From Candidatus Kaiserbacteria bacterium (lineage in GTDB: Bacteria; Patescibacteriota; Minisyncoccia; Phycocordibacterales; UBA2100), in the NCBI GenBank assembly GCA_017134395.1, contig CP070993.1, forward strand, positions 462,199-526,198: DNA of 64,000 nucleotides, written 5' to 3'. Positions 49,109-59,193 of the stretch are shown here, in pieces. The notes beneath the pieces were generated by a model that did not search any database, was not told the DNA's origin, and worked only from the letters and a program-made list of their open reading frames with translations. The position numbers and the translations under genes are program-made. Within the stretch, counting starts at the first letter, position 1. Every line of letters starts with the position of its first letter.

Positions 49109-49582
49109 TTACGCAATCGATTCTCGATATGGGTCCTCTTGTACATCCGATCGTTCGGTGCTTTTTTGTCCAACCATATACGCAGTAGTATCTGAAGGCA
49201 CCGCTTTTTCTGTCTTTTTTGAAGAATATACCGTTTCTCTTTGTAGTGATTCGCTGTCCAAATGTGTTTGCATTTTTTCACGGATTGGCTTAAACACCTG
49301 TATCGCTATGTCGTCGACAAGTTTTTGAGCGAGGTCTTCCTCGATGCCAACTTCTTCTGCGATATTTTTTGCCATATTTTCAGGATCCTCTAAGCCTAAA
49401 AGAGTCAGCATAATTTCATTCTCTAAAAGAGTCCATTGGTCGAGGTGGAGTTTATAGTTCGACGCTAATTCACGAAGTTTTTTTTCTACACGTGTATCAG
49501 AAACGGCTTGTTGTACTGCTTCGGGCAGTTCCGAAAACCTTTTTTCAATAAGTGCTTCGATATTTTCTTCTTGTAAGTCCAT
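49109..49582 (-). CDS. Hypothetical acidic cytoplasmic protein.
   Basis: 157-aa ORF between the VirB6-like and VirB3-like genes. Confidence 0.4.
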   Translation of the reverse strand: MDLQEENIEALIEKRFSELPEAVQQAVSDTRVEKKLRELASNYKLHLDQWTLLENEIMLTLLGLEDPENMAKNIAEEVGIEEDLAQKLVDDIAIQVFKPIREKMQTHLDSESLQRETVYSSKKTEKAVPSDTTAYMVGQKSTERSDVQEDPYRESIA

Positions 49583-49587
49583 AGTAG

Positions 49588-51654
49588 TTATTTATCTTTT
49601 GTTTCGCTTTTATTGTCTTTTAATCCTGAAATGGAATCTTCTGTAGACTCTGTTTTCTTTAATATTTTTTCTAGCATCTTCTCTTCATCTGTCTTACCTG
49701 CTAATTTATTTGCTCTTGCATCAATTCTTTCTTGTGTCTTTTCTCTCATTCTTTTAAGTAATCCTTTTTTCTTTTCTTCAGCAGGCTTTGTTCCGTCTTC
49801 ACTTGCAAGACTTGGAATCCTTGGCTGATTTACTGTTGTTTGATCAGGACTTGTGTTTCCGACATTATTTACAGAAATATTGTTCAATGGATTTCTTCTC
49901 GCTTGTTCCTCATTAATTCTTTGGGCTGTTTTTCCAATATCTTGTCCTGCACCTTCTATCTCGTTTTGTTTTCCACGACTATCTGCAGTGTCTGTAGCTT
50001 TGGAAGGCGAATTATCATTTGTTACAGTGTTATCGTTTGACGGCGTGCTTTGGATGTTAGAAACAGGAGCAGTACCCTTTGCTTCTTCTGCATTGTCGTT
50101 TGTTGATTGTGGTGGTTGAACTGTTGTTTGGTCAGGACCCTGTGTTTGTGGCGGTGTCTGCTTAGACGTATCTTCAACGGTCGTCTTACCTGCTTTTTTA
50201 GCATCATTTTGATATTTTGCCTCGGCATCAATCATTTTGTCGTAATTTCCTACACCAGTACCAAGATTAACCCCTGCACTTTTAAGGCTATTGGCAAGAC
50301 TCTTTGAGTCACGAATGTCGAAAGAGGTGTCTGCAGCTTTTTTAGAAGCATTTAAGGCTAGTCTCGAAGGGATATTTCTAAGTGGGTTTCTGCTCCCAGC
50401 GTTTCTTCGTAGGAATTCATTTTCAGACAATGCAGTTCCTGCCCTACCAACAGTACCTCTTCCAGCACGGCCAGCGAGCCCAAATGCCCCACCAGCTAAA
50501 CCGAGAGGGAGAGCAAGAGAACCTGAAAGAAGTTTCCTAAATCCACCTTTGCTCATATTTCCTGCAAATTTAGCTCCGCCAATAGAAAGATTGTTTGCTA
50601 CTTGAGTTGATGCGTAAAGAAGTCCAATAACAACCATCATATTGAAAATGTATATCCATGAATTACTATTTTCTCCTACAAGCCCTGAAAAATTATTCCC
50701 ACTAGAGCCTGAGTTGATACCTCCTATAATTTGAACGGTTCCCCAGAGCATTATCATAAATACGGGCGCAAACAATGCATTTTGAATAAGATGTGACCAC
50801 CATTTGTCCCACCATTTATTTCCTCCAGGTATCATATACGCAGCAAACGCCGCAGAAGAAGTGAGCATAAGGACAAGAAACATCACTATACGAGTCACCA
50901 TCAAAATAAGCCCATATAGCATGACGATAGTGAGTGCTAAAAAGAAAATCATAGTAATGACCGTGTATAAAATCGCGTTACCAACCCCACTCTCCTCACC
51001 AGCTTGTACTTGATTTAATGCCTCTCGTGCAGACCCATATGTCCAGTCTACTACTCCTGTCTTTTGCATAAATATCGTTGTGATACCAGCAGTATTTCCA
51101 TCTGTGTCACTTACTGATATCGCTTTTCTAAATTGTATTGCAGTGATGTTTGAAACATCAATGATTGCTTTGGTGAAAAAGAGACTAAAGTTTATAAGTA
51201 CTGCAACAACAAGAATTCGCACACCGAATTTTTTTAATCCGTATGCGGGGATATCAAGAATGACAGCAAATGCAACAAATACAAACATCGCAATCATAAT
51301 GATATTTGCGACGTCACGAAAACCAGCCCAAGCAGCATTGACACCAGGCTCAAATATTTTAAACGTTTCAGAAAAATCGACGATTGTATAAAAGAGTACT
51401 AGATCGAACCCTGTCCCAACCATTGCGAGAAGCCCACCAGTTAGCGTTATAAATACCGCTAATATATAAGAAATAGTACCCTCAAAGAATGGTTCTATAT
51501 CTAAATCAAAGAAACCAGCATGAGAGATAAGTAGATTAATATCTAATTTTTCCACATTGAATTGTAATGGGAGTACAATCAGTATAAAAGCTGCTATTAA
51601 ACTGTATGTAATAGGCAGAGAAGAGTTGGTTACTTTTTTAAAAAAGGAAAACAT
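49588..51654 (-). CDS. VirB6/TrbL-like polytopic membrane protein with a long polar C-terminal tail.
   Basis: At least 7 TM helices, Trp-rich periplasmic loop, about 300-aa low-complexity tail; start set to the internal ATG at 51654. Confidence 0.5.
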   Translation of the reverse strand: MFSFFKKVTNSSLPITYSLIAAFILIVLPLQFNVEKLDINLLISHAGFFDLDIEPFFEGTISYILAVFITLTGGLLAMVGTGFDLVLFYTIVDFSETFKIFEPGVNAAWAGFRDVANIIMIAMFVFVAFAVILDIPAYGLKKFGVRILVVAVLINFSLFFTKAIIDVSNITAIQFRKAISVSDTDGNTAGITTIFMQKTGVVDWTYGSAREALNQVQAGEESGVGNAILYTVITMIFFLALTIVMLYGLILMVTRIVMFLVLMLTSSAAFAAYMIPGGNKWWDKWWSHLIQNALFAPVFMIMLWGTVQIIGGINSGSSGNNFSGLVGENSNSWIYIFNMMVVIGLLYASTQVANNLSIGGAKFAGNMSKGGFRKLLSGSLALPLGLAGGAFGLAGRAGRGTVGRAGTALSENEFLRRNAGSRNPLRNIPSRLALNASKKAADTSFDIRDSKSLANSLKSAGVNLGTGVGNYDKMIDAEAKYQNDAKKAGKTTVEDTSKQTPPQTQGPDQTTVQPPQSTNDNAEEAKGTAPVSNIQSTPSNDNTVTNDNSPSKATDTADSRGKQNEIEGAGQDIGKTAQRINEEQARRNPLNNISVNNVGNTSPDQTTVNQPRIPSLASEDGTKPAEEKKKGLLKRMREKTQERIDARANKLAGKTDEEKMLEKILKKTESTEDSISGLKDNKSETKDK

Positions 51655-51656
51655 AC

Positions 51657-53711
51657 TTAGATTTTGTGTTGAGTCCAATTATCTGGTTTACACCATCCTT
51701 CTTCCCAATTAGTTCGAGTTTCTTCGAGGAGTTGCTGCATCGCTGTTTCGATTTCGTCAGCCTGTGTAGTTGCTTGCCGTAGTTGGGCTTCAGTATGTAG
51801 TACTCGAGATGCAATGAGCTCATCAAGTTTTTCTAGGATGAAACGTTGTCCACTGGCTGACGATGTTTTTTCAAGATCGTTACGTATTTTTGCAAGTACT
51901 TCGAGCGCTTTGAGTGAACGTGCAACATTTTCGTTAATGAGGTCAAGAACTGGTTGTATACTTTGATCGATTATTCGTCGGGATTCTTGCGCACTTACGT
52001 TAAGAGTTGCAGATTTTGTTGTACTCCGTGCAGTTGCGGTAATAGTTACTGCTGGTTTTTCAATCGGCACAGTGAGAACAACCCCTGTAGGCGTTGTTGT
52101 TTTCTTCACGAGTGAGAGTATGGGTGCAAACGTACCACTGCCACTTGCGAGAGTTTCTATTGTGGTCACAGTTATAGTTCCGTCTGGCAATGTCGCAAGA
52201 TCAATGGCATTCGTTGCCCAGTTACCATCGGTAGTGACCGTTGGTTGCACTGGACCTACATTGTTTGTTCCGTCTGTTGCAGTGACCTGAATAATAGAAC
52301 TTCCAGTGGAGGCACGTCCTTTCACGATGATTGTTGAGGCAGATGGCGTTGATATATCAACCGCATCTACTGCTAGAGTTTGGGTTGTTTGAACAGGGGT
52401 TGTACACGTATTAGTAGTATTTAATCCACATACTTGACCTGTAACCTCTTCTTTCAAATCTATTGTGGCTTGCTTTGTTATTTCAATCCAACACGTGTTT
52501 TCCCACGACTCAAGTTGTCGGCGGGTGTTAGAAAGTGTATTGGCAGCAGCTTGGCGTGCTTGAGCGTATTCTTGTTCTATACGAATGGTGTTATTTACGA
52601 TAGATGCACCAGCACCAGTCATGTTACTGCGTGTACGAGCAGCGGAGTCTTGTGCAAGACGATCAACATAGGGAGCTTCACCCGAAAATGATTTTGAAAG
52701 TCCAGAAAAACCTTCAACATCGGATAGAAGTTCAACTCCGATATGTGACATAAGGGCTGAAACGATTTCGTCTATCTCATCAGCGTTTTCAGATTGACGT
52801 AGTCCCGTACCGATAGTCTGGCGTAAATGATCGGCAATCATAAAACCTGGGGTCACTACACGTTTTAAGTTAGTAGTATCACCACCTCCTAAGTCTATGG
52901 TTTTGTCTGTTTCAACTGTACGGAAACCACTTCCCCAATCGAGCTGCGTTTGTTCGCGAGTTTGTTCATCGGCGATTGACTCAGTGAGCTGGTTTTCTGC
53001 GCTGTAGTATGCAAAAAGAGGATTGCAGGAAGGGTTTGTTGTGAGTTTATAGAAGGATTCCCAGCCACCGCCGCTATTGAAATCTCCAGACGAGAACGAA
53101 TTTAACTGACTCGTTGTTAAATCGCATGCCAACGAATTTTGAGGAGAGCGTGTTTCTCGCGAATAGTTTCTCGCAAGAGCAACCCTCACATCCCTTCTAA
53201 ACGGTTCTGCAAGTGTTTCAGTTTGGGCTCCTGTGATAACTCGTTCTGCAACTGGGTCAGAAATATTCTCGAGCATATGCAATGGAAGGTTTGTTATGTA
53301 TGCAGGATTTCCATCGAAGCCCGTGTTCGCCCAACTGACCACTCGGCGAATGATATCTGAGATAAGCGTTTCTCGCATCGAATTTAATATTCCATCAAGT
53401 AAACATTCTTTGTATGTAAGAAGACGTTCTTGGTCGTGTACTGCACCATCGAACACCGGAACATGAGAACCACCGGGTCCTTGCATACCAACGGCACCAT
53501 ACGCTGCCCCAGTACAGCCATAGATACCATCGCGCGAGAACCCAGTCGCGACAGATGTGGCAGCACTTGTACTTGTTGCATTGTTAAGTTGGTCGAGAAC
53601 ATTGTTAAGTAAATCAATACTTGAAGATGTTTGGGCATGCGAAACAGAAACGCCAAGGGTGCTCACAAATAAAACAGAAAGTATGAAGTATTTTGCTACT
53701 TTGTATTTCAT
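51657..53711 (-). CDS. Large secreted hypothetical protein (684 aa).
   Basis: Signal peptide; Thr-rich repeats; part of the T4SS-like cluster. Confidence 0.45.
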   Translation of the reverse strand: MKYKVAKYFILSVLFVSTLGVSVSHAQTSSSIDLLNNVLDQLNNATSTSAATSVATGFSRDGIYGCTGAAYGAVGMQGPGGSHVPVFDGAVHDQERLLTYKECLLDGILNSMRETLISDIIRRVVSWANTGFDGNPAYITNLPLHMLENISDPVAERVITGAQTETLAEPFRRDVRVALARNYSRETRSPQNSLACDLTTSQLNSFSSGDFNSGGGWESFYKLTTNPSCNPLFAYYSAENQLTESIADEQTREQTQLDWGSGFRTVETDKTIDLGGGDTTNLKRVVTPGFMIADHLRQTIGTGLRQSENADEIDEIVSALMSHIGVELLSDVEGFSGLSKSFSGEAPYVDRLAQDSAARTRSNMTGAGASIVNNTIRIEQEYAQARQAAANTLSNTRRQLESWENTCWIEITKQATIDLKEEVTGQVCGLNTTNTCTTPVQTTQTLAVDAVDISTPSASTIIVKGRASTGSSIIQVTATDGTNNVGPVQPTVTTDGNWATNAIDLATLPDGTITVTTIETLASGSGTFAPILSLVKKTTTPTGVVLTVPIEKPAVTITATARSTTKSATLNVSAQESRRIIDQSIQPVLDLINENVARSLKALEVLAKIRNDLEKTSSASGQRFILEKLDELIASRVLHTEAQLRQATTQADEIETAMQQLLEETRTNWEEGWCKPDNWTQHKI

Positions 53712-54652
53712 AAGGCTTCTTCTTTCAACGTAAAGTAAATATCAATTTGGCTATATGCGAGTTTAATGGCATCCTCACCTTCTAGAAAATCTCGCGTTGC
53801 TACAAAGGTGAGTAGTGGATCTTCTGGTGTTGTTGTCATTGTGTTTAAGATGGACGCAAAGGTGGCAAAGCTGTTTATTAAATCAAGGTGTGCTTGCGCA
53901 GCGTCTTCAGGGGCTGTAATAGTAAGTAATACTTGGGCAATCTCATCGTAAATAGTGGCCGCAGCGGTAAGTTTGTTAAACTCTTCTGCATTACCTGACT
54001 CAATAGCGCGCCCGTATGTGATAAGTTCGTATTCTCCAATTTGAGTAACCGGAGTTATGGCTTCTTGAAAATCACTTTTGTATTGCAATGTTCTGCTTTG
54101 TGAAGTGTCGGACGTGATGCCAATATCTTCGAGCGTATATTGGGCTGTGTGGCGTATAGAAAATTGTGAGTTAGCAGCTTGCGCAACGATGAAGTCAAAT
54201 GAATCACTATCGAACGACCCCTGCTGTTTCGACTGAATGTACGCTCCAAAAATTTCTCGAGCAAGTTGATCTGTTCTGGTTGTACTTGCATTACTGTGTG
54301 TGTTTTTTGCGTTTTCCTCAAACGTTTTTCGTGCTGCCGCAAGCTCATCACCATCGGAAATTCCGTCGTTGTTGGTGTCAGGATTGTTAGGATCGGTACC
54401 TAAAAGAATTTCTTCCCAATCCTTCACTCCGTCGTTATCACTGTCCGCTGTGTACTCTGTAGACTCTAGAATATTTTCTGTCGCTGTTTGCAAAGCCCCA
54501 TTATCAGACTGTGGTTTTTGAGAGAACAATTTCCATCCTGCGAAACCTACTAGCACAACGCCGAATAGCGTTGCAGCAATAATCTTGCCGCTTATGTGCG
54601 AATTAGTAAACACACTAATAGTATAGCAAGGTAGGGCGTATCGAGTGCTCAA
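53708..54652 (-). CDS. Membrane-anchored protein with thrombospondin type-3-like Ca-binding repeats.
   Basis: TM at N-terminus; DSDNDGVKDWEE...DPNNPDTNNDGISDGDE. Confidence 0.45.
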   Translation of the reverse strand: MSTRYALPCYTISVFTNSHISGKIIAATLFGVVLVGFAGWKLFSQKPQSDNGALQTATENILESTEYTADSDNDGVKDWEEILLGTDPNNPDTNNDGISDGDELAAARKTFEENAKNTHSNASTTRTDQLAREIFGAYIQSKQQGSFDSDSFDFIVAQAANSQFSIRHTAQYTLEDIGITSDTSQSRTLQYKSDFQEAITPVTQIGEYELITYGRAIESGNAEEFNKLTAAATIYDEIAQVLLTITAPEDAAQAHLDLINSFATFASILNTMTTTPEDPLLTFVATRDFLEGEDAIKLAYSQIDIYFTLKEEAL

Positions 54653-54683
54653 AAAACCCTACAAATTGGGGACACGTTAGGAT

Positions 54684-55607
54684 TTATAGGGTAAACGTAA
54701 AAATACGTCCAGGTTCATGATTTTTAAATACAACTCCGTATGATTTGAATAGAGTTACGAGTGTTATGTGCCCTTTGGCGACTTTTTCTGACGCGATATT
54801 ATAGATTAATATTCTTTCCATAAGGCTCTCATCGTCAGTTGCGAGAGTGAGGTCCCATAATAGCTCCCCTACCAATGTATATGAGGTAACTAGGTTCGTT
54901 TGCGCGTTCTGTAGTTGTTCTGGAACCTCTAGATCTGCAATGTTAGCTGCAAGCTGTAAGTATCCATCGGTGAGTCGTTTGAGCTGCTCAGTATTTTCCC
55001 GATCTTCAATAAAAATATTCAAAAGTTTTGTCTGATCTCCTTGGGAGAGGTTAAACGCATTAAGTAATGTCGCAAGTTCGTTACCGTATACTCGGAATTC
55101 CTCCTGTATCTTTGAGGGAGCGTCTTCTGAAACGATAGGGACTGTTTTGGAATAGTTACCGCTCCAAATAGGCTCATCAGAAAATGTATCTGTGTCGCTT
55201 TGTTGAGCTAGCGTATCGAGCAATGAAGACCCAATAAGCGTATTAAAAAGCGATGAGACTTCTTCGCTTTCAGTTGGTGTTGTACTTGAAGCATCAAGCG
55301 TTTCGAGGGTCGTACGGAAGTCCTGTGAACCTGGGCGTTCTTCCCATGTTTGAATAATTTTTTGTATTGCCACCTTTTGTTCCTCCAGAGATTCTGGATC
55401 GATGGTTACTGGTTCTATCTGTGGTTTCTGCTGCAAACTTGTAAATAACGTATCAGTACTTGAGAAAGAAAAGTACGTAGGAGTGGTAGGAGTAATATTT
55501 TTTTCGCTCGTGAGTGGTAAAAACCATATCGAAGTACCCAAAACACCTGCGACTATAAAAACAAGAACAGAAAGGATTATAATGAGGCGCGCGCGATCCA
55601 TGCGCAC
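54684..55607 (-). CDS. Membrane-anchored hypothetical protein.
   Basis: N-terminal TM; no family recognised. Confidence 0.4.
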   Translation of the reverse strand: MRMDRARLIIILSVLVFIVAGVLGTSIWFLPLTSEKNITPTTPTYFSFSSTDTLFTSLQQKPQIEPVTIDPESLEEQKVAIQKIIQTWEERPGSQDFRTTLETLDASSTTPTESEEVSSLFNTLIGSSLLDTLAQQSDTDTFSDEPIWSGNYSKTVPIVSEDAPSKIQEEFRVYGNELATLLNAFNLSQGDQTKLLNIFIEDRENTEQLKRLTDGYLQLAANIADLEVPEQLQNAQTNLVTSYTLVGELLWDLTLATDDESLMERILIYNIASEKVAKGHITLVTLFKSYGVVFKNHEPGRIFTFTL

Positions 55608-55644
55608 AGTATACCCTATTGGAATAATGTAATGATGCTACTAT

Positions 55645-56013
55645 GTGCGCATGAGCAGAACACGTAACTATTTTCCTAAAAAAAGTGTCGTTTTGGTAGT
55701 TGGCATCGCACTATTCGTGGCGACATCACTTTCTTTTCTTGCAACGCCACAACGCACGCAGGCGTTTGAGTGGGGTGGGCAATTCCAAACAGTAATCCCC
55801 TGTTTCAATGCCGTTATTTGGACGTTAACGAGTGGTCCGCGTGGAGGGACATTTATTTGGACGCCGAGCACGCGCACATACGACAATGGTCCACCGTCTA
55901 GTTCTGGGCAATACGGTCTCGGCCTTGCTGGTCCACCGTATTTTTGTATAGTCTTCCCGTTTCCCCTCGTGGTATTTCCCGGGGTTATTATGACAATGGT
56001 AGGTACGAGCTGA
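55645..56013 (+). CDS. Small secreted or membrane hypothetical protein.
   Basis: Signal-like N-terminus; the only plus-strand ORF in this gap; uncertain. Confidence 0.3.
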   Translation: MRMSRTRNYFPKKSVVLVVGIALFVATSLSFLATPQRTQAFEWGGQFQTVIPCFNAVIWTLTSGPRGGTFIWTPSTRTYDNGPPSSSGQYGLGLAGPPYFCIVFPFPLVVFPGVIMTMVGTS

Positions 56014-56015
56014 GT

Positions 56016-56789
56016 CTACAAGATAGACGCAAGTTCTTTCCATTTTTCTAATGGCACCTCTTCCGCACGAATATTTTCGCTTAAGCCAAGGCTTTCAAGC
56101 GTATCGATAATTGTATCTTTTGTGCCAAACTGAGCGAGGTTGTTCACCAACTTTTTACGCTTACTACTAAAACCACTTTTTACTATTTTGAAAAAGTGGT
56201 TCTCTGAAATTCCAGTGAAGAATTTTTTTGAAATGTTTTCTATATGTAAGACAGCAGAATCTACTTTCGGTGCAGGGCTAAAATAGCGCGCCGCAACAGT
56301 AGTCACATATCGTGGTTGTCCGAACACTTTAACTGATATGCTTAGTATGCTCTCCCTTGTATCGCGAGCAATGCGATGTGCCACTTCTTTTTGAACCAAT
56401 AACGTCATACACAGCGGCGGTTTATCTGCAGTGAGAAAACGACGAATAATCTCGCCGGTTATGTAGTATGGAATATTAGCAACGAGTTTGTAATCACCAG
56501 TAATTAAGTCGTCTAGTGATAATGTAAGTACGTCTTCGTGAACAATTTTAAGCTGTTTATTTTGTACATGTTCTCCGAATTTTTCTTCAAGAATCTCAAT
56601 CATATCAGCATCTGTCTCAACTGCGATAACAGTAGCACCAGTTTCAAGCAACGCTTGTGTCAAAACTCCTTTCCCGGGTCCTATTTCTAGGACGGTATCG
56701 TCTTTTGTTATTTGTGCGGCAGACAACATGTCTTTCAACACTGATTTTGAAGTTAAGAAATGTTGACCAAGATGTTTCTTTGCTTTCAT
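56016..56789 (-). CDS. rsmA: 16S rRNA (adenine1518/1519-N6)-dimethyltransferase.
   Basis: HFLTSKSVLKDM...VLEIGPGKGVLT SAM-binding motif; typical KsgA length. Confidence 0.85.
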   Translation of the reverse strand: MKAKKHLGQHFLTSKSVLKDMLSAAQITKDDTVLEIGPGKGVLTQALLETGATVIAVETDADMIEILEEKFGEHVQNKQLKIVHEDVLTLSLDDLITGDYKLVANIPYYITGEIIRRFLTADKPPLCMTLLVQKEVAHRIARDTRESILSISVKVFGQPRYVTTVAARYFSPAPKVDSAVLHIENISKKFFTGISENHFFKIVKSGFSSKRKKLVNNLAQFGTKDTIIDTLESLGLSENIRAEEVPLEKWKELASIL

Positions 56790-57007
56790 ACTTTTTTGAA
56801 TCTTAAGACTTCTTCACCATTATGCATGACCGTTTCAGTAAAGAGTGTTAGTGGTCGTGCCCAGAGTGCGTCTTTACCGAATTCTTTGCTTTCGTACAGC
56901 GCGCGATAGAACACAAGTTCTTCAAGCGTTTCGCTGTGACGACCTACGCCAATAACTTCATACTCCCCTCCTTTAAAATGTCGATACTTTCCTAGCTCGA
57001 TTTCCAT
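56786..57007 (-). CDS. DUF1653 domain protein.
   Basis: YRHFKGGEYEV...HSETLEELVFYRALY matches the DUF1653 signature. Confidence 0.6.
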   Translation of the reverse strand: MEIELGKYRHFKGGEYEVIGVGRHSETLEELVFYRALYESKEFGKDALWARPLTLFTETVMHNGEEVLRFKKV

Positions 57008-57008
57008 G

Positions 57009-58955
57009 TTAGAAGTCTATCAAATCTATTTTTCTTTCGTGTGGTGGCGTGTGACCTTCGTCGGAACTTTCGATATATTCTTCGCCTATATCATCAATGA
57101 ATTGTGATGCTGTTTGCATAGACTGAGATCCAAAGATGGTACGAATAATTGCATGAGTAAGAAAAATCTTCTTTCGTGCGCGAGTGAGGGCAACATAAAA
57201 CAGTCGCCGCTCCTCTTCTTCGTCAGTATTTTGATCAAGTTTCTCGTGTGGGAAGAGGCCCTCCTCAAGTCCCACTAAAAATACATAATCAAACTCAAGA
57301 CCTTTAGATGCATGTACTGTCATAAGTTTTACTGCGTTGTGGTTTTTTACAAGGGAATCTTGGTCTGTGGCAAGTGACGCATCTTCAAGTAGTTTTTCGA
57401 TACCTTCTTCAGGAGAGAGCTCGTCATATTTTGATGCCAACGTCGCAAGTTCTTTTATGTTCTCTAAGCGTTCGCGATCTTCTTCTGTTCCACCACGTAA
57501 TTTCATCTCTAGCCCGCTTTTTTGTACGGTAAACCGAATGGTTTCTGAAGGTTTTTCTGATACAGCACTGTCTCGTATAGCTTTAAGAGCAGCTCTAAAT
57601 TCAGCCACCTTTTTTTGTAGCGCTGGAGAAAGTTCGTGTTCTGTGCCTTCAAACATTTTTGAAAGAGTCATTTTACCGATTCCGCGTGGAGGTGTACTTA
57701 CAATGCGTGCAATATCTCCTTGGGAATCTGGGTTAAGAGCTGCTCGGATATAACTTAATACGTCTTTCACTTCTTTTCGGTCAAAAAATCGTGTCCCGAG
57801 CACTTGGTACGGAACTCCTGCAAACATAAACGCTTGTTCAAGTGCACGTGATTGAAAGTTTGCTCGGTACAGCACTGCAATTTCTCGCGGTTCCACTCCA
57901 GAGTCGATAAGTTCTTGAGATTTTTGCATGACGAATCGTGCTTCGTCATCTTCACTATATGCACTATATAAACTAAGCAGCTCCCCTGCTTCGTTTTTTG
58001 TATACAGCGTTTTTTCTTTCCGTTTTACATTCTTTTCGATGATGATATTTGCGGCAGCAAGAATATTTTGGGTTGATCGGTAGTTCTCCTCAAGAAGTAC
58101 GAGCTTTGTTCCAGGGAATTCTTCCTCGAACGTTAAAAGGTTTGCTAAGTTCGCGCCTCTCCATGAATAAATATTTTGATCGATATCACCGACAACACAA
58201 ATGTTTGCTTTTTCGTCTACGAGCAGTTGTGTAATAGCAAATTGAACACGGTTTGTATCTTGATATTCGTCAACATGCACATGGGACCAACGTTTTTGGT
58301 AGCGTTCTCGAATTTCTGCGTTATCTCTGAGTAATATGTAGGTACGCAAAAGCAAATCATCGAAATCAAGAGCCCCTTCTTTTTTGAGACGCGCTTCGTA
58401 TTCTTTCCAGATTCTGCCGAGCGTATGGCGCTTTACGTCACCGACGTCTGGCTGGTATGTATCGGTGCTTAACCCATCGGATTTGTGTCGAGAAATAACA
58501 CTTAACATGACACGGGGTTCAAATTGTTTTGGGTCAAGACCGAGCTGCTTTAGTGCATTTTTTACCGCGCGTATGCTGTCTGCTCTATCGAATATTGTGA
58601 AGTGCCTCTTTAAACCGAGTTCTTTAGCATTCTCTCTCAAGATAGAAACTCCTAAAGAGTGAAATGTTGAAACGTAGGGGCTTGCAAGACCTGTCGCTCG
58701 TGCCGAAACAGGACGGTTTATATCAACGTCAGCATCTATCATGGCGAGTACTCGTTCGCGCATTTCTTTGGCCGCCTTGTTGGTAAACGTTACAGCCAAT
58801 ATTTTCTCCGGAGGCGTCCCTTTTTTGATTAACTCTAAGATTCTTTGTGTAATGACTCTCGTTTTTCCAGCTCCAGCTCCAGCGAGAATCATGAGAGGGC
58901 CGCTGTCGTGTGCAACCGCCTCTTTTTGTTGTGGATTTAGCTCAAATTCTGCCAT
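57009..58955 (-). CDS. UvrD/PcrA-family ATP-dependent DNA helicase.
   Basis: SF1 helicase motifs (ILAGAGAGKTRV, TFHSLG, DEYQDTN, VGDIDQNIYSWRGA, LEENYRST, VALTRAR). Confidence 0.85.
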   Translation of the reverse strand: MAEFELNPQQKEAVAHDSGPLMILAGAGAGKTRVITQRILELIKKGTPPEKILAVTFTNKAAKEMRERVLAMIDADVDINRPVSARATGLASPYVSTFHSLGVSILRENAKELGLKRHFTIFDRADSIRAVKNALKQLGLDPKQFEPRVMLSVISRHKSDGLSTDTYQPDVGDVKRHTLGRIWKEYEARLKKEGALDFDDLLLRTYILLRDNAEIRERYQKRWSHVHVDEYQDTNRVQFAITQLLVDEKANICVVGDIDQNIYSWRGANLANLLTFEEEFPGTKLVLLEENYRSTQNILAAANIIIEKNVKRKEKTLYTKNEAGELLSLYSAYSEDDEARFVMQKSQELIDSGVEPREIAVLYRANFQSRALEQAFMFAGVPYQVLGTRFFDRKEVKDVLSYIRAALNPDSQGDIARIVSTPPRGIGKMTLSKMFEGTEHELSPALQKKVAEFRAALKAIRDSAVSEKPSETIRFTVQKSGLEMKLRGGTEEDRERLENIKELATLASKYDELSPEEGIEKLLEDASLATDQDSLVKNHNAVKLMTVHASKGLEFDYVFLVGLEEGLFPHEKLDQNTDEEEERRLFYVALTRARKKIFLTHAIIRTIFGSQSMQTASQFIDDIGEEYIESSDEGHTPPHERKIDLIDF

Positions 58956-59193
58956 AAATGGGCACTATACCATGCCACACTCTGGCTACGAAGAGTCCTT
59001 GACTCTGAGTCTATCCACAGTAGTATAAATGAGCTATTGCGGACTTATTCGTAGTGGTTACAGTGTATATAGGGGGTTTGCGACTGATGCGGAACCCTAT
59101 TCCGTACAAAACGGTACGGGCACGTTAATTAGGCTTATTTTATCTACAGATCAGGATTCTGATCCTAGTTTGCGTAGTTACGTAAAGGTTCAG

